Of a DNA stretch of 64,000 nucleotides, positions 1-13,525 are shown piece after piece. This stretch comes from Escherichia coli (GTDB lineage Bacteria > Pseudomonadota > Gammaproteobacteria > Enterobacterales > Enterobacteriaceae): assembly GCF_017348835.2 (NCBI RefSeq), contig NZ_CP071375.1. One strand, given 5' to 3'. Within the stretch, counting starts at the first letter, position 1, and every line of letters starts with the position of its first letter. The notes under the pieces are model-generated. The model did not search any database. It was not told where the DNA came from and saw only the letters and a program-made list of their open reading frames with translations. The position numbers and the translations under genes were made by a program.

Positions 1-1050
<1,050 letters not shown>

Positions 1051-1274
1051 AATTTATATTCCCGGGAATTCATCATGATTATCAAAACGTTAAAAATGAG
1101 CGCACGAAAGCGAAATTGATGAAACGTTCGCTCACTATTTACCAGGTAAATTTATGGGATTGTAGCGTAAAAAAAGACAATTTCGCAGTCTTGCGCTGCA
1201 TTGATTAGTGCGTATGATAGCGTCACTGGAGTTGCGCTCTTACCCTTATAGCCATTAACCCCAGGAATCCGCAC

Positions 1275-2318
1275 ATGCGTATTGAAGAAGATCTGAAGTT
1301 AGGTTTTAAAGACGTTCTCATCCGCCCTAAACGCTCCACTCTTAAAAGCCGTTCCGATGTTGAACTGGAACGTCAATTCACCTTCAAACATTCAGGTCAG
1401 AGCTGGTCCGGCGTGCCGATTATCGCCGCAAATATGGACACCGTAGGCACATTTTCTATGGCCTCTGCGCTGGCTTCTTTTGATATTTTGACTGCTGTGC
1501 ATAAACACTATTCTGTCGAAGAGTGGCAAGCGTTTATCAACAATTCTTCCGCTGATGTGCTGAAACATGTGATGGTTTCTACCGGTACGTCAAATGCGGA
1601 TTTCGAAAAAACTAAACAGATTCTCGACCTGAACCCGGCATTAAATTTCGTTTGTATTGACGTGGCGAATGGTTATTCCGAACACTTCGTGCAGTTCGTT
1701 GCGAAAGCGCGTGAAGCGTGGCCAACCAAAACCATTTGTGCTGGCAACGTAGTGACTGGTGAAATGTGTGAGGAGCTTATCCTCTCCGGTGCCGATATCG
1801 TTAAAGTTGGCATTGGCCCAGGTTCTGTTTGTACAACTCGTGTCAAAACAGGCGTCGGTTATCCGCAACTTTCTGCGGTAATCGAATGTGCCGATGCTGC
1901 GCACGGTCTGGGCGGAATGATCGTCAGCGATGGTGGCTGCACCACGCCGGGCGATGTCGCGAAAGCTTTTGGCGGCGGTGCCGATTTCGTCATGCTTGGC
2001 GGCATGCTGGCGGGCCACGAAGAGAGCGGCGGTCGCATCGTTGAGGAGAACGGCGAGAAATTTATGCTGTTCTACGGCATGAGCTCCGAGTCTGCGATGA
2101 AACGTCACGTTGGCGGCGTTGCGGAATATCGCGCAGCAGAAGGTAAAACCGTTAAGCTGCCGCTGCGAGGCCCGGTTGAAAATACCGCGCGTGATATTTT
2201 GGGCGGCCTGCGTTCAGCTTGTACATACGTTGGGGCTTCACGCCTGAAAGAGTTGACCAAGCGCACCACGTTTATTCGTGTGCTGGAACAAGAAAACCGC
2301 ATCTTCAACAACCTGTAA
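1275..2318 (+). CDS. guaC: GMP reductase
   Basis: 347-aa ORF; IMPDH/GMPR TIM-barrel signature ([11 protein letters not shown]). Confidence 0.95.
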   Translation: MRIEEDLKLGFKDVLIRPKRSTLKSRSDVELERQFTFKHSGQSWSGVPIIAANMDTVGTFSMASALASFDILTAVHKHYSVEEWQAFINNSSADVLKHVMVSTGTSNADFEKTKQILDLNPALNFVCIDVANGYSEHFVQFVAKAREAWPTKTICAGNVVTGEMCEELILSGADIVKVGIGPGSVCTTRVKTGVGYPQLSAVIECADAAHGLGGMIVSDGGCTTPGDVAKAFGGGADFVMLGGMLAGHEESGGRIVEENGEKFMLFYGMSSESAMKRHVGGVAEYRAAEGKTVKLPLRGPVENTARDILGGLRSACTYVGASRLKELTKRTTFIRVLEQENRIFNNL

Positions 2319-2325
2319 TCTCCCA

Positions 2326-2355
2326 ACGCTGGCGTGGAGCAACACGCCAGCGTTA
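2326..2355. terminator. perfect 12-bp stem hairpin between convergent guaC and hofC
   Basis: aacgctggcgtg-gagcaa-cacgccagcgtt; no clear U-tract on either side. Confidence 0.5.
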
Positions 2356-3555
2356 TCCCATCCCACTCATCGCATCGCCTAAATGGAAAATTGGCAGATA
2401 CATCGCCACCACCAGCGTACCGATAATTCCTCCCGTTATGATCAGCAACGCCGGTTCCAGTAAGGCTGCTAGGTTATCCGCCAGCGCCATTGTGTTATCC
2501 CGATGATGATGGGCGAGGTTGTCTAACATGAGATCCAGCAAGCCGGAGGCCTCTCCCGTTCTCACTAATTGCAAACAGAGCGGGCTAAACTCACCGGCAT
2601 TTTTTAGCGCCAGCCAGATGGGATGACCGTTACTGATATCGTGCTGGATTTGTGTCAGAAGTTGCACCCAGTACGGGCAGCGCATTGTTTCTCTGACGCT
2701 CTCTACGCCCTGTAAAAAAGTAATGCCTGCACTTTGAGTCAGCGCCAGAATCGTAAAGATCTGCGTGAGTTTTTGTCCCCGCATCAGTGAACCCATAATC
2801 GGGATGCGTAACAGCAATTTCTGCCGCGCGATAAGCCAGGTCGGGCGGCGCATCAGCAACTTATTGGCTATCGTCAGCAGAAAGCCGAACAACACCAGCA
2901 GCCAGCCCCATTCGCCACTAAAGTCTGCCAGCGTCATGATCCCCTGCGTTAGTGCCGGTAGTGGGGTGTTGAAGGTCTTATAGATAGCGGCAAACTCCGG
3001 CAGAACAAAATGCAGCATTGCCACAACCACCATGATTGCCATCGCTAAAATGATGATGGGATAACGTAACGCTGATTTCACTTTGTCGGTCAACTGACGC
3101 TGGGCTTTTTGCTGACGCGCCAGTTCAAAGCAGCATTCATCCAGCTTACCGGTCAGTTCACCCGTGCGGATCATCGCCTGATAGAGCGGCGGAAATACCT
3201 CTGACCAGGGTAATAAGGCATTGGAAAAAGCAATGCCCTGTTCGAGATCGTGCGCCAGCGATTGCAGCAACGCTTGCCATTGCTTACTGGGATGCTGTTC
3301 CGCCAGCAGTGCCAGCCCTTCAGAAAGCGTTAACCCGGCTTTAAGTAGCGTCGCCAGTTGATGAATGACTTCCGCGCTTTTATCTCCTCGCCACTGCGCA
3401 GAATTGATAGCAATTCGCTTCAGGCTTAGTGGAGTAACCATCTGTTGCTGTAGTGCCATGAGCAGCAAAGCACGGCTCTCTGCCCATAGCATCCCATCTT
3501 GCGCATTGCCGTCGCCGGTTATGCCATGCCAGCGCCAGAGTTGCTTACTCGCCAT
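2353..3555 (-). CDS. hofC: type IV pilus assembly inner-membrane platform protein (PilC/GspF family)
   Basis: 400-aa ORF, ATG at 3553-3555; polytopic membrane protein; stop of hofB overlaps. Confidence 0.9.
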   Translation of the reverse strand: MASKQLWRWHGITGDGNAQDGMLWAESRALLLMALQQQMVTPLSLKRIAINSAQWRGDKSAEVIHQLATLLKAGLTLSEGLALLAEQHPSKQWQALLQSLAHDLEQGIAFSNALLPWSEVFPPLYQAMIRTGELTGKLDECCFELARQQKAQRQLTDKVKSALRYPIIILAMAIMVVVAMLHFVLPEFAAIYKTFNTPLPALTQGIMTLADFSGEWGWLLVLFGFLLTIANKLLMRRPTWLIARQKLLLRIPIMGSLMRGQKLTQIFTILALTQSAGITFLQGVESVRETMRCPYWVQLLTQIQHDISNGHPIWLALKNAGEFSPLCLQLVRTGEASGLLDLMLDNLAHHHRDNTMALADNLAALLEPALLIITGGIIGTLVVAMYLPIFHLGDAMSGMG

Positions 3556-4930
3556 GCGGCATCCCCAATACGCGGATTAACTCTTCAAAGGTGGTTAAGC
3601 CTTGCTCCACGGCCAGGCAGCCGTTTTCAAAAAGCGTTCGCATACCCGCCTGTCGGGCGTGCGTTTCCAGCGATTCAACTTCAGTATTAGAGGAAATAAG
3701 CTGGCGTATGGCTGGTGTAATGGGCAGGACTTCAAACAAGGCGGTACGACCATAAAAACCGTGGTAGCAATGTACACAACCGGGTGCCTGCCAGTGGGGC
3801 AGCGGCGACGGCCATACATTGTCTGGAATATGGATGGGCTCCCCTTGCTGTCGGCGACAATGCGGGCAAAGTTTGCGTACCAGACGCTGGGCTATTACCA
3901 GCGTAAGCGCTGATGAGAGCATCCAGCGAGCAACGCCCATTTGCTGTAAACGTACCAGCGTTTCAGTGGTGGAATTGGTGTGTAGCGTGGACAACACCAG
4001 GTGACCGGTTTGCGCGGCTTTAATGGCAATTTCTGCCGTTTCGCCATCGCGGATCTCTCCGATCATGATGACGTCAGGGTCCTGGCGCAATAACGCACGC
4101 AAAACGCCCTGAAAGGTGAGTCCGGCACGCGGATGGATTTGTGTCTGGTTTAGTCCGGCTATGGGGATCTCAACCGGATCTTCGACGCTACAAATATTAA
4201 TGTCAGCGGTATTCAGCGTTTGCAGGGCACTATAAAGCGTGACCGTTTTGCCGCTGCCGGTAGGGCCAGTTACCAGCACCAGTCCCTGTGGTTGTTGCAA
4301 GGCATGAGCAAAGTCCGCCAGTTGTAACGGCTGCATTCCCAGCGTGTTAACATCCAGTGCCTGGCTCACCTGCTGTAACAACCTTAATACCACCTTTTCA
4401 CCACCCCGACATGGTAAGGTCGCAATACGAAATGAGACGGCGTTTCCTGCCAGTTCGACAGTGAATTGCCCGTCCTGCGGCAGGCGATGTTCCGCAATAT
4501 CCAGGTTTCCCAGCACTTTTAATCTGGCGGTTAATGTGACTCCGGCATCCGGTGAAACATCCGGTAAAGGATGCAATACGCCGTCGATACGCAAGCGGAT
4601 GCGGTAGGCATTGTCCGCTGGTTCGATATGAATATCAGACGCGCGTTGTTCCAGCGCAGATTGTAACGTTCGAGTCAGCAACTCTGCTTTGGGCTGATGC
4701 TTCTCCTGAACAGCTACGGGCAATGTCTGTTGTGTGCGACTGGCGTGACCTTCCATTTGTTGGCGCGTCCAGCAGGTGATCTCAATACGTTTGGTGGTAG
4801 CGAAATGCAATGCGTCCAGCAATTCATGTGAGGGGGCATCGACCACCGCAACATGAACCACTTCTTCGCTGGCATCCAGCAAGACTCCCTGATAACGCAG
4901 ACACAGGGCGGTGAGCTGTGGAATATTCAT
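3545..4930 (-). CDS. hofB: type IV pilus assembly ATPase (PilB/GspE family)
   Basis: 461-aa ORF; Walker A GPTGSGKT, CxxC tetracysteine motif; ATG at 4928-4930. Confidence 0.9.
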   Translation of the reverse strand: MNIPQLTALCLRYQGVLLDASEEVVHVAVVDAPSHELLDALHFATTKRIEITCWTRQQMEGHASRTQQTLPVAVQEKHQPKAELLTRTLQSALEQRASDIHIEPADNAYRIRLRIDGVLHPLPDVSPDAGVTLTARLKVLGNLDIAEHRLPQDGQFTVELAGNAVSFRIATLPCRGGEKVVLRLLQQVSQALDVNTLGMQPLQLADFAHALQQPQGLVLVTGPTGSGKTVTLYSALQTLNTADINICSVEDPVEIPIAGLNQTQIHPRAGLTFQGVLRALLRQDPDVIMIGEIRDGETAEIAIKAAQTGHLVLSTLHTNSTTETLVRLQQMGVARWMLSSALTLVIAQRLVRKLCPHCRRQQGEPIHIPDNVWPSPLPHWQAPGCVHCYHGFYGRTALFEVLPITPAIRQLISSNTEVESLETHARQAGMRTLFENGCLAVEQGLTTFEELIRVLGMPHGE

Positions 4931-4939
4931 TGCCGCTCC

Positions 4940-5380
4940 TTAGTTGGCGTCATCAAAGCGGAAGACATCTTCGCAGGCTTGCTGCAATGCGCTGTCACTT
5001 TGAATATTGCAGTTGCGCGTCCAGCCGGTGACGCCGTTTGCGTTATCCCAACCCGGTGTCATGACGACGCTTAGTCCATTGAGACTTTCTTGCCCGGTCA
5101 GCGACACCACGCCTTTTGCCACACTCATGGCTGAAACATAGCGGGTGGTGGTAGGCGAGGGAATGCCATTGCTGCCACCGTCGCAGGTATCTAATCCACC
5201 ATGTTCCAGCGCGCACAACTCTACGGCGGTACGGTAAGGCACAAAGGTTTGTAGCATGTCGGTGAGTGCGGCTTTGCGCAGGTAGTTTTGATAAGCGGGA
5301 ATACCAATGGCGCTTAAAATGGCAATGATGCCAATAACCACCATCAGTTCGATAAGTGTAAAACCGCGTTGCTTGTCCAT
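4940..5380 (-). CDS. ppdD: type IV prepilin (major pilin)
   Basis: 146-aa ORF; prepilin leader and N-methylation motif MDKQRGFTLIELMVVIGIIAIL. Confidence 0.9.
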   Translation of the reverse strand: MDKQRGFTLIELMVVIGIIAILSAIGIPAYQNYLRKAALTDMLQTFVPYRTAVELCALEHGGLDTCDGGSNGIPSPTTTRYVSAMSVAKGVVSLTGQESLNGLSVVMTPGWDNANGVTGWTRNCNIQSDSALQQACEDVFRFDDAN

Positions 5381-5582
5381 CTGTTTCGCTCCTTGATTGG
5401 GTTGGCGCTACTTTGGCAAACGCCATCAGCACAAGCGAGGGGCAAAAAAAGAAACGGGAAAGCAGCTTCCGAGGTTTTTTATTCCGTTGCAGCGAAAGAC
5501 AAGAAATTTGCGAGGCGTTACGAAGAAAGTTGGGGAAGGGGTGATTATCCGCCCACTATGGAGCGGATAAATCTGTCAGCAA

Positions 5583-6536
<954 letters not shown>

Positions 6537-6563
6537 TTAGCACCACATATAAGGAGATCCTGC

Positions 6564-7115
6564 ATGTTGTTAGAACAGGGGTGGCTGGTTGGCGCGCGCC
6601 GCGTTCCCTCACCACATTACGATTGCCGCCCGGATGACGAAACACCCACCCTGCTGGTGGTGCACAATATTAGCCTGCCGCCAGGCGAGTTTGGCGGTCC
6701 GTGGATCGACGCATTATTCACTGGAACTATTGATCCGCAGGCACATCCTTTCTTTGCTGAGATCGCCCATTTGCGCGTCTCCGCTCACTGTTTGATTCGC
6801 CGTGATGGTGAAATAGTCCAGTATGTTCCTTTCGATAAACGTGCCTGGCATGCGGGAGTCTCTCAGTATCAGGGGCGCGAACGCTGCAATGATTTTTCTA
6901 TTGGGATTGAGCTTGAAGGCACCGATACGCTGGCGTATACCGATGCGCAGTATCAACAGCTTGCGGCGGTTACGCGGGCACTGATTGATCGCTATCCAGA
7001 TATCGCTAATAACATGACGGGCCATTGTGATATTGCGCCGGATCGGAAAACCGATCCCGGCCCTGCATTTGATTGGGCACGGTTTCGTGCGCTGGTCAGC
7101 AAGGAGACAACATGA
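6564..7115 (+). CDS. ampD: anhydro-N-acetylmuramyl-L-alanine amidase
   Basis: 183-aa ORF; SD aaggag 6551-6556; amidase_2 family. Confidence 0.95.
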
Positions 7116-7966
7116 CGCTATTTACAACCTTACTGGTGTTAATTTTCGAGCGCCTGTTTAAGTTGGGCGAGCACTGGCAGCTTGATCATCGTCTTGAAGC
7201 GTTCTTTCGGCGGGTGAAACATTTTTCTCTCGGGCGCACGTTAGGCATGACCATTATTGCGATGGGCGTGACTTTTTTACTGTTACGCGCATTGCAGGGA
7301 GTATTGTTCAACGTTCCCACGCTGCTGGTGTGGCTGCTGATTGGTTTGCTGTGTATTGGCGCAGGTAAAGTTCGTCTTCATTATCATGCTTATCTGACAG
7401 CTGCTTCACGTAATGATAGCCATGCCCGTGCCACGATGGCTGGCGAACTCACCATGATTCACGGCGTCCCGGCAGGCTGCGACGAACGTGAGTATTTGCG
7501 TGAGCTGCAAAATGCATTGCTGTGGATTAACTTTCGTTTTTATCTTGCACCGCTGTTCTGGCTGATTGTGGGGGGAACCTGGGGACCCGTTACGCTGATG
7601 GGGTATGCGTTCTTGCGTGCATGGCAATACTGGCTGGCGCGATACCAGACGCCGCATCATCGTTTACAGTCCGGCATTGATGCCGTGCTTCATGTACTGG
7701 ATTGGGTGCCGGTTCGTCTTGCGGGGGTGGTATATGCCTTGATCGGTCATGGTGAGAAAGCGTTACCGGCCTGGTTTGCTTCGCTGGGTGATTTCCATAC
7801 TTCGCAATATCAGGTATTAACGCGTCTGGCGCAGTTCTCTCTGGCGCGTGAACCGCATGTCGATAAGGTGGAGACGCCGAAGGCAGCGGTTTCAATGGCG
7901 AAGAAAACCTCGTTCGTGGTCGTGGTGGTGATTGCGCTACTGACGATTTACGGGGCGTTGGTGTAA
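7112..7966 (+). CDS. ampE: inner membrane protein AmpE
   Basis: ATG at 7112 overlaps ampD stop (ATGA); reads [16 protein letters not shown]...; ORF track start 7073 is upstream in-frame. Confidence 0.9.
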
Positions 7967-7974
7967 AGATTATT

Positions 7975-7999
7975 GCCCTCACCCTGTACGGGTGAGGGC
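7975..7999. terminator. GC-rich hairpin between convergent ampE and aroP
   Basis: gccctcaccc-tgtac-gggtgagggc; same ccctcaccc/gggtgaggg unit recurs at 52362-52395. Confidence 0.6.
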
Positions 8000-8008
8000 G
8001 TAGAGAGA

Positions 8009-9382
8009 TTAATGCGCTTTTACGGCTTTGGCGGTTTTCTCTTTAAACAGATAGCCGATACCTAACACGATCAGCCATACCGGGATCAGGTATACCGAAA
8101 TCGCCATTCCTGGGGTCATCAGCATAATCACCAGTACCGCCGCCATAAACAGCAGGCAGATCCAGTTACCCAGCGGATAAAGCAGAGCAGGGAAGCGAGT
8201 TACCACGCCTTGTTCCTGCTTGGCGCGGCGGAATTTCATATGCGCCAGGCTAATCATCGCCCAGTTGATCACCAGTGCAGATACCACCAGCGCCATTAAC
8301 AGGCCAAATGCGGATTCCGGAGCAAGATAGTTAATCAGTACGCACAATGCCGTTACCAGTGCAGACACCAGAATGGTGTTAACCGGTACGCCGCGTTTAT
8401 CGACAGACGCCAGCGCTTTTGGCGCGTTACCCTGTTGTGCCAGACCAAACAGCATACGGCTGTTGCAATATACGCAGCTGTTGTACACGGAGAGCGCCGC
8501 AGTCAGTACCACGATGTTCAGCGCATTCGCCACAAAGGTATCGCCTAACTCGTGGAAGATCAGCACAAACGGACTGGTATCGGCGGTAACGCGGGTCCAC
8601 GGCATCAGTGAGAGCAGAACGGCTAACGAACCAATATAGAAAATCAGGATGCGGTAGATAACCTGGTTAGTTGCTTTCGGGATACTTTGCTCCGGGTTAT
8701 CAGCTTCTGCTGCGGTGATCCCCACCAGTTCCAGACCACCGAACGAGAACATGATAATCGCCATCATCATCACCAGCCCGGTGAAGCCGTGCGGCAGGAA
8801 ACCGCCCTGATCCCACAGGTTGCTAACGCTTGCCTGCGGACCGCCGTTACCACTGAACAGCAGCCAGCCGCCGAAGATGATCATCGCTACTACCGCAATA
8901 ACTTTGATAATGGCAAACCAGAACTCCATCTCACCAAACACTTTTACGTTGGTCAGGTTGATGGCGTTAATCACCACAAAGAACACGGCGGCAGAAACCC
9001 AGGTTGGGATTTCCGGATACCAGAACTGAATGTATTTACCCACAGCAGTCAGCTCTGCCATGGCAACTAAAACGTACAGTACCCAGTAGTTCCAGCCAGA
9101 AGCGAAGCCAGCAAAGCTGCCCCAGTATTTATAAGCAAAGTGGCTAAAGGAGCCTGCGACAGGTTCTTCGACCACCATTTCACCCAGCTGACGCATGATC
9201 AGAAAGGCGATAAAACCAGCAATGGCGTAACCCAGGATAATCCCTGGCCCTGCGGACTGTATTACGGAGGCGCTACCCAGGAATAACCCGGTCCCTATCG
9301 CGCCACCCAGCGCGATAAGCTGAATATGGCGGTTTTTAAGGCCGCGCTTTAGCTGCTCGCCGTGCTGTTGACCTTCCATCAT
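8009..9382 (-). CDS. aroP: aromatic amino acid:H+ symporter (APC family)
   Basis: 457-aa ORF MMEGQQHGEQLKRGLKNRHIQLIALGGAIGTGLF; 12-TM permease. Confidence 0.95.
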   Translation of the reverse strand: MMEGQQHGEQLKRGLKNRHIQLIALGGAIGTGLFLGSASVIQSAGPGIILGYAIAGFIAFLIMRQLGEMVVEEPVAGSFSHFAYKYWGSFAGFASGWNYWVLYVLVAMAELTAVGKYIQFWYPEIPTWVSAAVFFVVINAINLTNVKVFGEMEFWFAIIKVIAVVAMIIFGGWLLFSGNGGPQASVSNLWDQGGFLPHGFTGLVMMMAIIMFSFGGLELVGITAAEADNPEQSIPKATNQVIYRILIFYIGSLAVLLSLMPWTRVTADTSPFVLIFHELGDTFVANALNIVVLTAALSVYNSCVYCNSRMLFGLAQQGNAPKALASVDKRGVPVNTILVSALVTALCVLINYLAPESAFGLLMALVVSALVINWAMISLAHMKFRRAKQEQGVVTRFPALLYPLGNWICLLFMAAVLVIMLMTPGMAISVYLIPVWLIVLGIGYLFKEKTAKAVKAH

Positions 9383-9874
9383 GAAACCTCGTGCGGTGAT
9401 TGTTTTTTTGATCTACGCAGTGATGCGTGTGTAAGTTTGCAATTCCGTTTGTTGTATTAATTTGTTTACATCAAAGAAGTTTGAATTGTTACAAAAAGAC
9501 TTCCGTCAGATCAAGAATAATGGTATGCGGCAGCGAATGCACCCGCTTTATGCATGGTTGAAGATGAGTTGCTTAAAAAGAAACCGTTTGTAAATCTCAG
9601 CCTCAACCCCTCTCAATATGCAGAATGAATTTAAATTCGTTTTAACTGAATTAAAAATCACAAAATTGGTAAGTGAATCGGTTCAATTCGGATTTTTATA
9701 GTTTAATAATCGTTAAAAAATCCCTTTCCTACGTAAAGTCTACATTTGTGCATAGTTACAACTTTGAAACGTTATATATGTCAAGTTGTTAAAATGTGCA
9801 CAGTTTCATGATTTCAATCAAAACCTGTATGGACATAAGGTGAATACTTTGTTACTTTAGCGTCACAGACATGA

Positions 9875-9891
9875 AATTGGTAAGACCAATT
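9875..9891. promoter_or_regulatory. PdhR operator (GntR-family palindrome) in pdhR promoter
   Basis: aattggtaagaccaatt perfect inverted repeat ~30 bp upstream of pdhR ATG. Confidence 0.75.
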
Positions 9892-9922
9892 GACTTCGGC
9901 AAGTGGCTTAAGACAGGAACTC

Positions 9923-10687
9923 ATGGCCTACAGCAAAATCCGCCAACCAAAACTCTCCGATGTGATTGAGCAGCAACTGGAGTTTTTGATCCTCGAAGGC
10001 ACTCTCCGCCCGGGCGAAAAACTCCCACCGGAACGCGAACTGGCAAAACAGTTTGACGTCTCCCGTCCCTCATTGCGTGAGGCGATTCAACGTCTCGAAG
10101 CGAAGGGCTTGTTGCTTCGTCGCCAGGGTGGCGGCACTTTTGTCCAGAGCAGCCTATGGCAAAGCTTCAGCGATCCGCTGGTGGAGCTGCTATCCGACCA
10201 TCCTGAATCACAGTATGACTTGCTCGAAACACGACACGCCCTGGAAGGTATCGCCGCTTATTACGCCGCGCTGCGTAGTACCGATGAAGACAAGGAACGC
10301 ATCCGTGAACTCCACCACGCCATAGAACTGGCGCAGCAGTCTGGCGATCTGGACGCGGAATCAAACGCCGTACTCCAGTATCAGATTGCCGTCACCGAAG
10401 CGGCCCACAATGTGGTTCTGCTTCATCTGCTAAGGTGTATGGAGCCGATGTTGGCCCAGAATGTCCGCCAGAACTTCGAATTGCTCTATTCGCGTCGCGA
10501 GATGCTGCCGCTGGTGAGTAGTCACCGCACCCGCATATTTGAAGCGATTATGGCCGGTAAGCCGGAAGAAGCGCGCGAAGCATCGCATCGCCATCTGGCC
10601 TTTATCGAAGAAATTTTGCTCGACAGAAGCCGTGAAGAAAGCCGCCGTGAGCGTTCTCTGCGTCGTCTGGAGCAACGAAAGAATTAG
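9923..10687 (+). CDS. pdhR: pyruvate dehydrogenase complex repressor (GntR family)
   Basis: ATG at 9923 gives [21 protein letters not shown]...(254 aa); ORF track starts 11 codons upstream. Confidence 0.92.
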
Positions 10688-10847
10688 TGATTTTTCTGGT
10701 AAAAATTATCCAGAAGATGTTGTAAATCAAGCGCATATAAAAGCGCGGCAACTAAACGTAGAACCTGTCTTATTGAGCTTTCCGGCGAGAGTTCAATGGG
10801 ACAGGTTCCAGAAAACTCAACGTTATTAGATAGATAAGGAATAACCC

Positions 10848-13511
10848 ATGTCAGAACGTTTCCCAAATGACGTGGATCCGATCGAAACTCGCGACTGGCT
10901 CCAGGCGATCGAATCGGTCATCCGTGAAGAAGGTGTTGAGCGTGCTCAGTATCTGATCGACCAACTGCTTGCTGAAGCCCGCAAAGGCGGTGTCAACGTA
11001 GCCGCAGGCACCGGTATCAGCAACTACATCAACACCATCCCCGTTGAAGAACAACCGGAGTATCCGGGTAATCTGGAACTGGAACGCCGTATTCGTTCAG
11101 CTATCCGCTGGAACGCCATCATGACGGTTCTGCGTGCGTCGAAAAAAGACCTCGAACTGGGCGGCCACATGGCGTCCTTCCAGTCTTCCGCAACCATTTA
11201 TGATGTGTGCTTTAACCACTTCTTCCGTGCACGCAACGAGCAGGATGGCGGCGACCTGGTTTACTTCCAGGGCCACATCTCCCCGGGCGTGTACGCTCGT
11301 GCTTTCCTGGAAGGTCGTCTGACTCAAGAGCAGCTGGATAACTTCCGTCAGGAAGTTCACGGCAATGGCCTCTCTTCCTATCCGCACCCGAAATTGATGC
11401 CGGAATTCTGGCAGTTCCCGACCGTATCTATGGGTCTGGGTCCGATTGGTGCTATTTACCAGGCTAAATTCCTGAAATATCTGGAACACCGTGGCCTGAA
11501 AGATACCTCTAAACAAACCGTTTACGCGTTCCTCGGCGACGGTGAAATGGACGAACCGGAATCCAAAGGTGCGATCACCATCGCTACCCGTGAAAAACTG
11601 GATAACCTGGTCTTCGTTATCAACTGTAACCTGCAGCGTCTTGACGGCCCGGTCACCGGTAACGGCAAGATCATCAACGAACTGGAAGGCATCTTCGAAG
11701 GTGCTGGCTGGAACGTGATCAAAGTGATGTGGGGTAGCCGTTGGGATGAACTGCTGCGTAAAGATACCAGCGGTAAACTGATCCAGCTGATGAACGAAAC
11801 CGTTGACGGCGACTACCAGACCTTCAAATCGAAAGATGGTGCGTACGTTCGTGAACACTTCTTCGGTAAATATCCTGAAACCGCAGCACTGGTTGCAGAC
11901 TGGACTGACGAGCAGATCTGGGCACTGAACCGTGGTGGTCACGATCCGAAGAAAATCTACGCTGCATTCAAGAAAGCGCAGGAAACCAAAGGCAAAGCGA
12001 CAGTAATCCTTGCTCATACCATTAAAGGTTACGGCATGGGCGACGCGGCTGAAGGTAAAAACATCGCGCACCAGGTTAAGAAAATGAACATGGACGGTGT
12101 GCGTCATATCCGCGACCGTTTCAATGTGCCGGTGTCTGATGCAGATATCGAAAAACTGCCGTACATCACCTTCCCGGAAGGTTCTGAAGAGCATACCTAT
12201 CTGCACGCTCAGCGTCAGAAACTGCACGGTTATCTGCCAAGCCGTCAGCCGAACTTCACCGAGAAGCTTGAGCTGCCGAGCCTGCAAGATTTCGGCGCGC
12301 TGCTGGAAGAGCAGAGCAAAGAGATCTCTACCACTATCGCTTTCGTTCGTGCCCTGAACGTGATGCTGAAGAACAAGTCGATCAAAGATCGTCTGGTGCC
12401 GATCATCGCCGACGAAGCGCGTACTTTCGGTATGGAAGGTCTGTTCCGCCAGATTGGTATTTACAGCCCGAACGGTCAGCAGTACACCCCGCAGGACCGC
12501 GAGCAGGTTGCTTACTATAAAGAAGACGAGAAAGGTCAGATTCTGCAGGAAGGGATCAACGAGCTGGGCGCAGGGTGTTCCTGGCTGGCAGCGGCGACCT
12601 CTTACAGCACCAACAATCTGCCGATGATCCCGTTCTACATCTATTACTCGATGTTCGGCTTCCAGCGTATCGGCGATCTGTGCTGGGCGGCTGGCGACCA
12701 GCAAGCGCGTGGCTTCCTGATCGGCGGTACTTCCGGTCGTACCACCCTGAACGGCGAAGGTCTGCAGCACGAAGATGGTCACAGCCACATTCAGTCGCTG
12801 ACTATCCCGAACTGTATCTCTTACGACCCGGCTTACGCTTACGAAGTTGCTGTCATCATGCATGACGGTCTGGAGCGTATGTACGGTGAAAAACAAGAGA
12901 ACGTTTACTACTACATCACTACGCTGAACGAAAACTACCACATGCCGGCAATGCCGGAAGGTGCTGAGGAAGGTATCCGTAAAGGTATCTACAAACTCGA
13001 AACCATTGAAGGTAGCAAAGGTAAAGTTCAGCTGCTGGGCTCCGGTTCTATCCTGCGTCACGTCCGTAAAGCGGCAGAGATCCTGGCGAAAGATTACGGC
13101 GTAGGTTCTGACGTTTATAGCGTGACCTCCTTCACCGAGCTGGCGCGTGATGGTCAGGATTGTGAACGCTGGAACATGCTGCACCCGCTGGAAACTCCGC
13201 GCGTTCCGTATATCGCTCAGGTGATGAACGACGCGCCGGCAGTGGCATCTACCGACTATATGAAACTGTTCGCTGAGCAGGTCCGTACTTACGTACCGGC
13301 TGACGACTATCGCGTACTGGGTACTGATGGCTTCGGTCGTTCCGACAGCCGTGAGAACCTGCGTCACCACTTCGAAGTTGATGCTTCTTATGTCGTGGTT
13401 GCGGCGCTGGGCGAACTGGCTAAACGTGGCGAAATCGATAAGAAAGTGGTTGCTGACGCAATCGCCAAATTCAACATCGATGCAGATAAAGTTAACCCGC
13501 GTCTGGCGTAA
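10848..13511 (+). CDS. aceE: pyruvate dehydrogenase E1 component
   Basis: 887-aa [27 protein letters not shown]... Confidence 0.97.
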   Translation: MSERFPNDVDPIETRDWLQAIESVIREEGVERAQYLIDQLLAEARKGGVNVAAGTGISNYINTIPVEEQPEYPGNLELERRIRSAIRWNAIMTVLRASKKDLELGGHMASFQSSATIYDVCFNHFFRARNEQDGGDLVYFQGHISPGVYARAFLEGRLTQEQLDNFRQEVHGNGLSSYPHPKLMPEFWQFPTVSMGLGPIGAIYQAKFLKYLEHRGLKDTSKQTVYAFLGDGEMDEPESKGAITIATREKLDNLVFVINCNLQRLDGPVTGNGKIINELEGIFEGAGWNVIKVMWGSRWDELLRKDTSGKLIQLMNETVDGDYQTFKSKDGAYVREHFFGKYPETAALVADWTDEQIWALNRGGHDPKKIYAAFKKAQETKGKATVILAHTIKGYGMGDAAEGKNIAHQVKKMNMDGVRHIRDRFNVPVSDADIEKLPYITFPEGSEEHTYLHAQRQKLHGYLPSRQPNFTEKLELPSLQDFGALLEEQSKEISTTIAFVRALNVMLKNKSIKDRLVPIIADEARTFGMEGLFRQIGIYSPNGQQYTPQDREQVAYYKEDEKGQILQEGINELGAGCSWLAAATSYSTNNLPMIPFYIYYSMFGFQRIGDLCWAAGDQQARGFLIGGTSGRTTLNGEGLQHEDGHSHIQSLTIPNCISYDPAYAYEVAVIMHDGLERMYGEKQENVYYYITTLNENYHMPAMPEGAEEGIRKGIYKLETIEGSKGKVQLLGSGSILRHVRKAAEILAKDYGVGSDVYSVTSFTELARDGQDCERWNMLHPLETPRVPYIAQVMNDAPAVASTDYMKLFAEQVRTYVPADDYRVLGTDGFGRSDSRENLRHHFEVDASYVVVAALGELAKRGEIDKKVVADAIAKFNIDADKVNPRLA

Positions 13512-13525
13512 GAGGTAAAAGAATA

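Noticed and set aside
5544-5571. Inverted repeat ttatccgc...gcggataa downstream of nadC
   Set aside because: No adjacent U-tract on either strand; insufficient to call a terminator.
9526-9594. 22-aa ORF in the aroP-pdhR intergenic region
   Set aside because: No SD, lies in AT-rich promoter DNA; likely chance ORF.
11097-13370. 757-aa ORF on the minus strand
   Set aside because: Lies entirely antisense to aceE, which has an unambiguous, strongly biased coding frame; low-complexity translation with no recognisable domain. Long antisense ORFs are a known artefact opposite highly expressed GC-rich genes.
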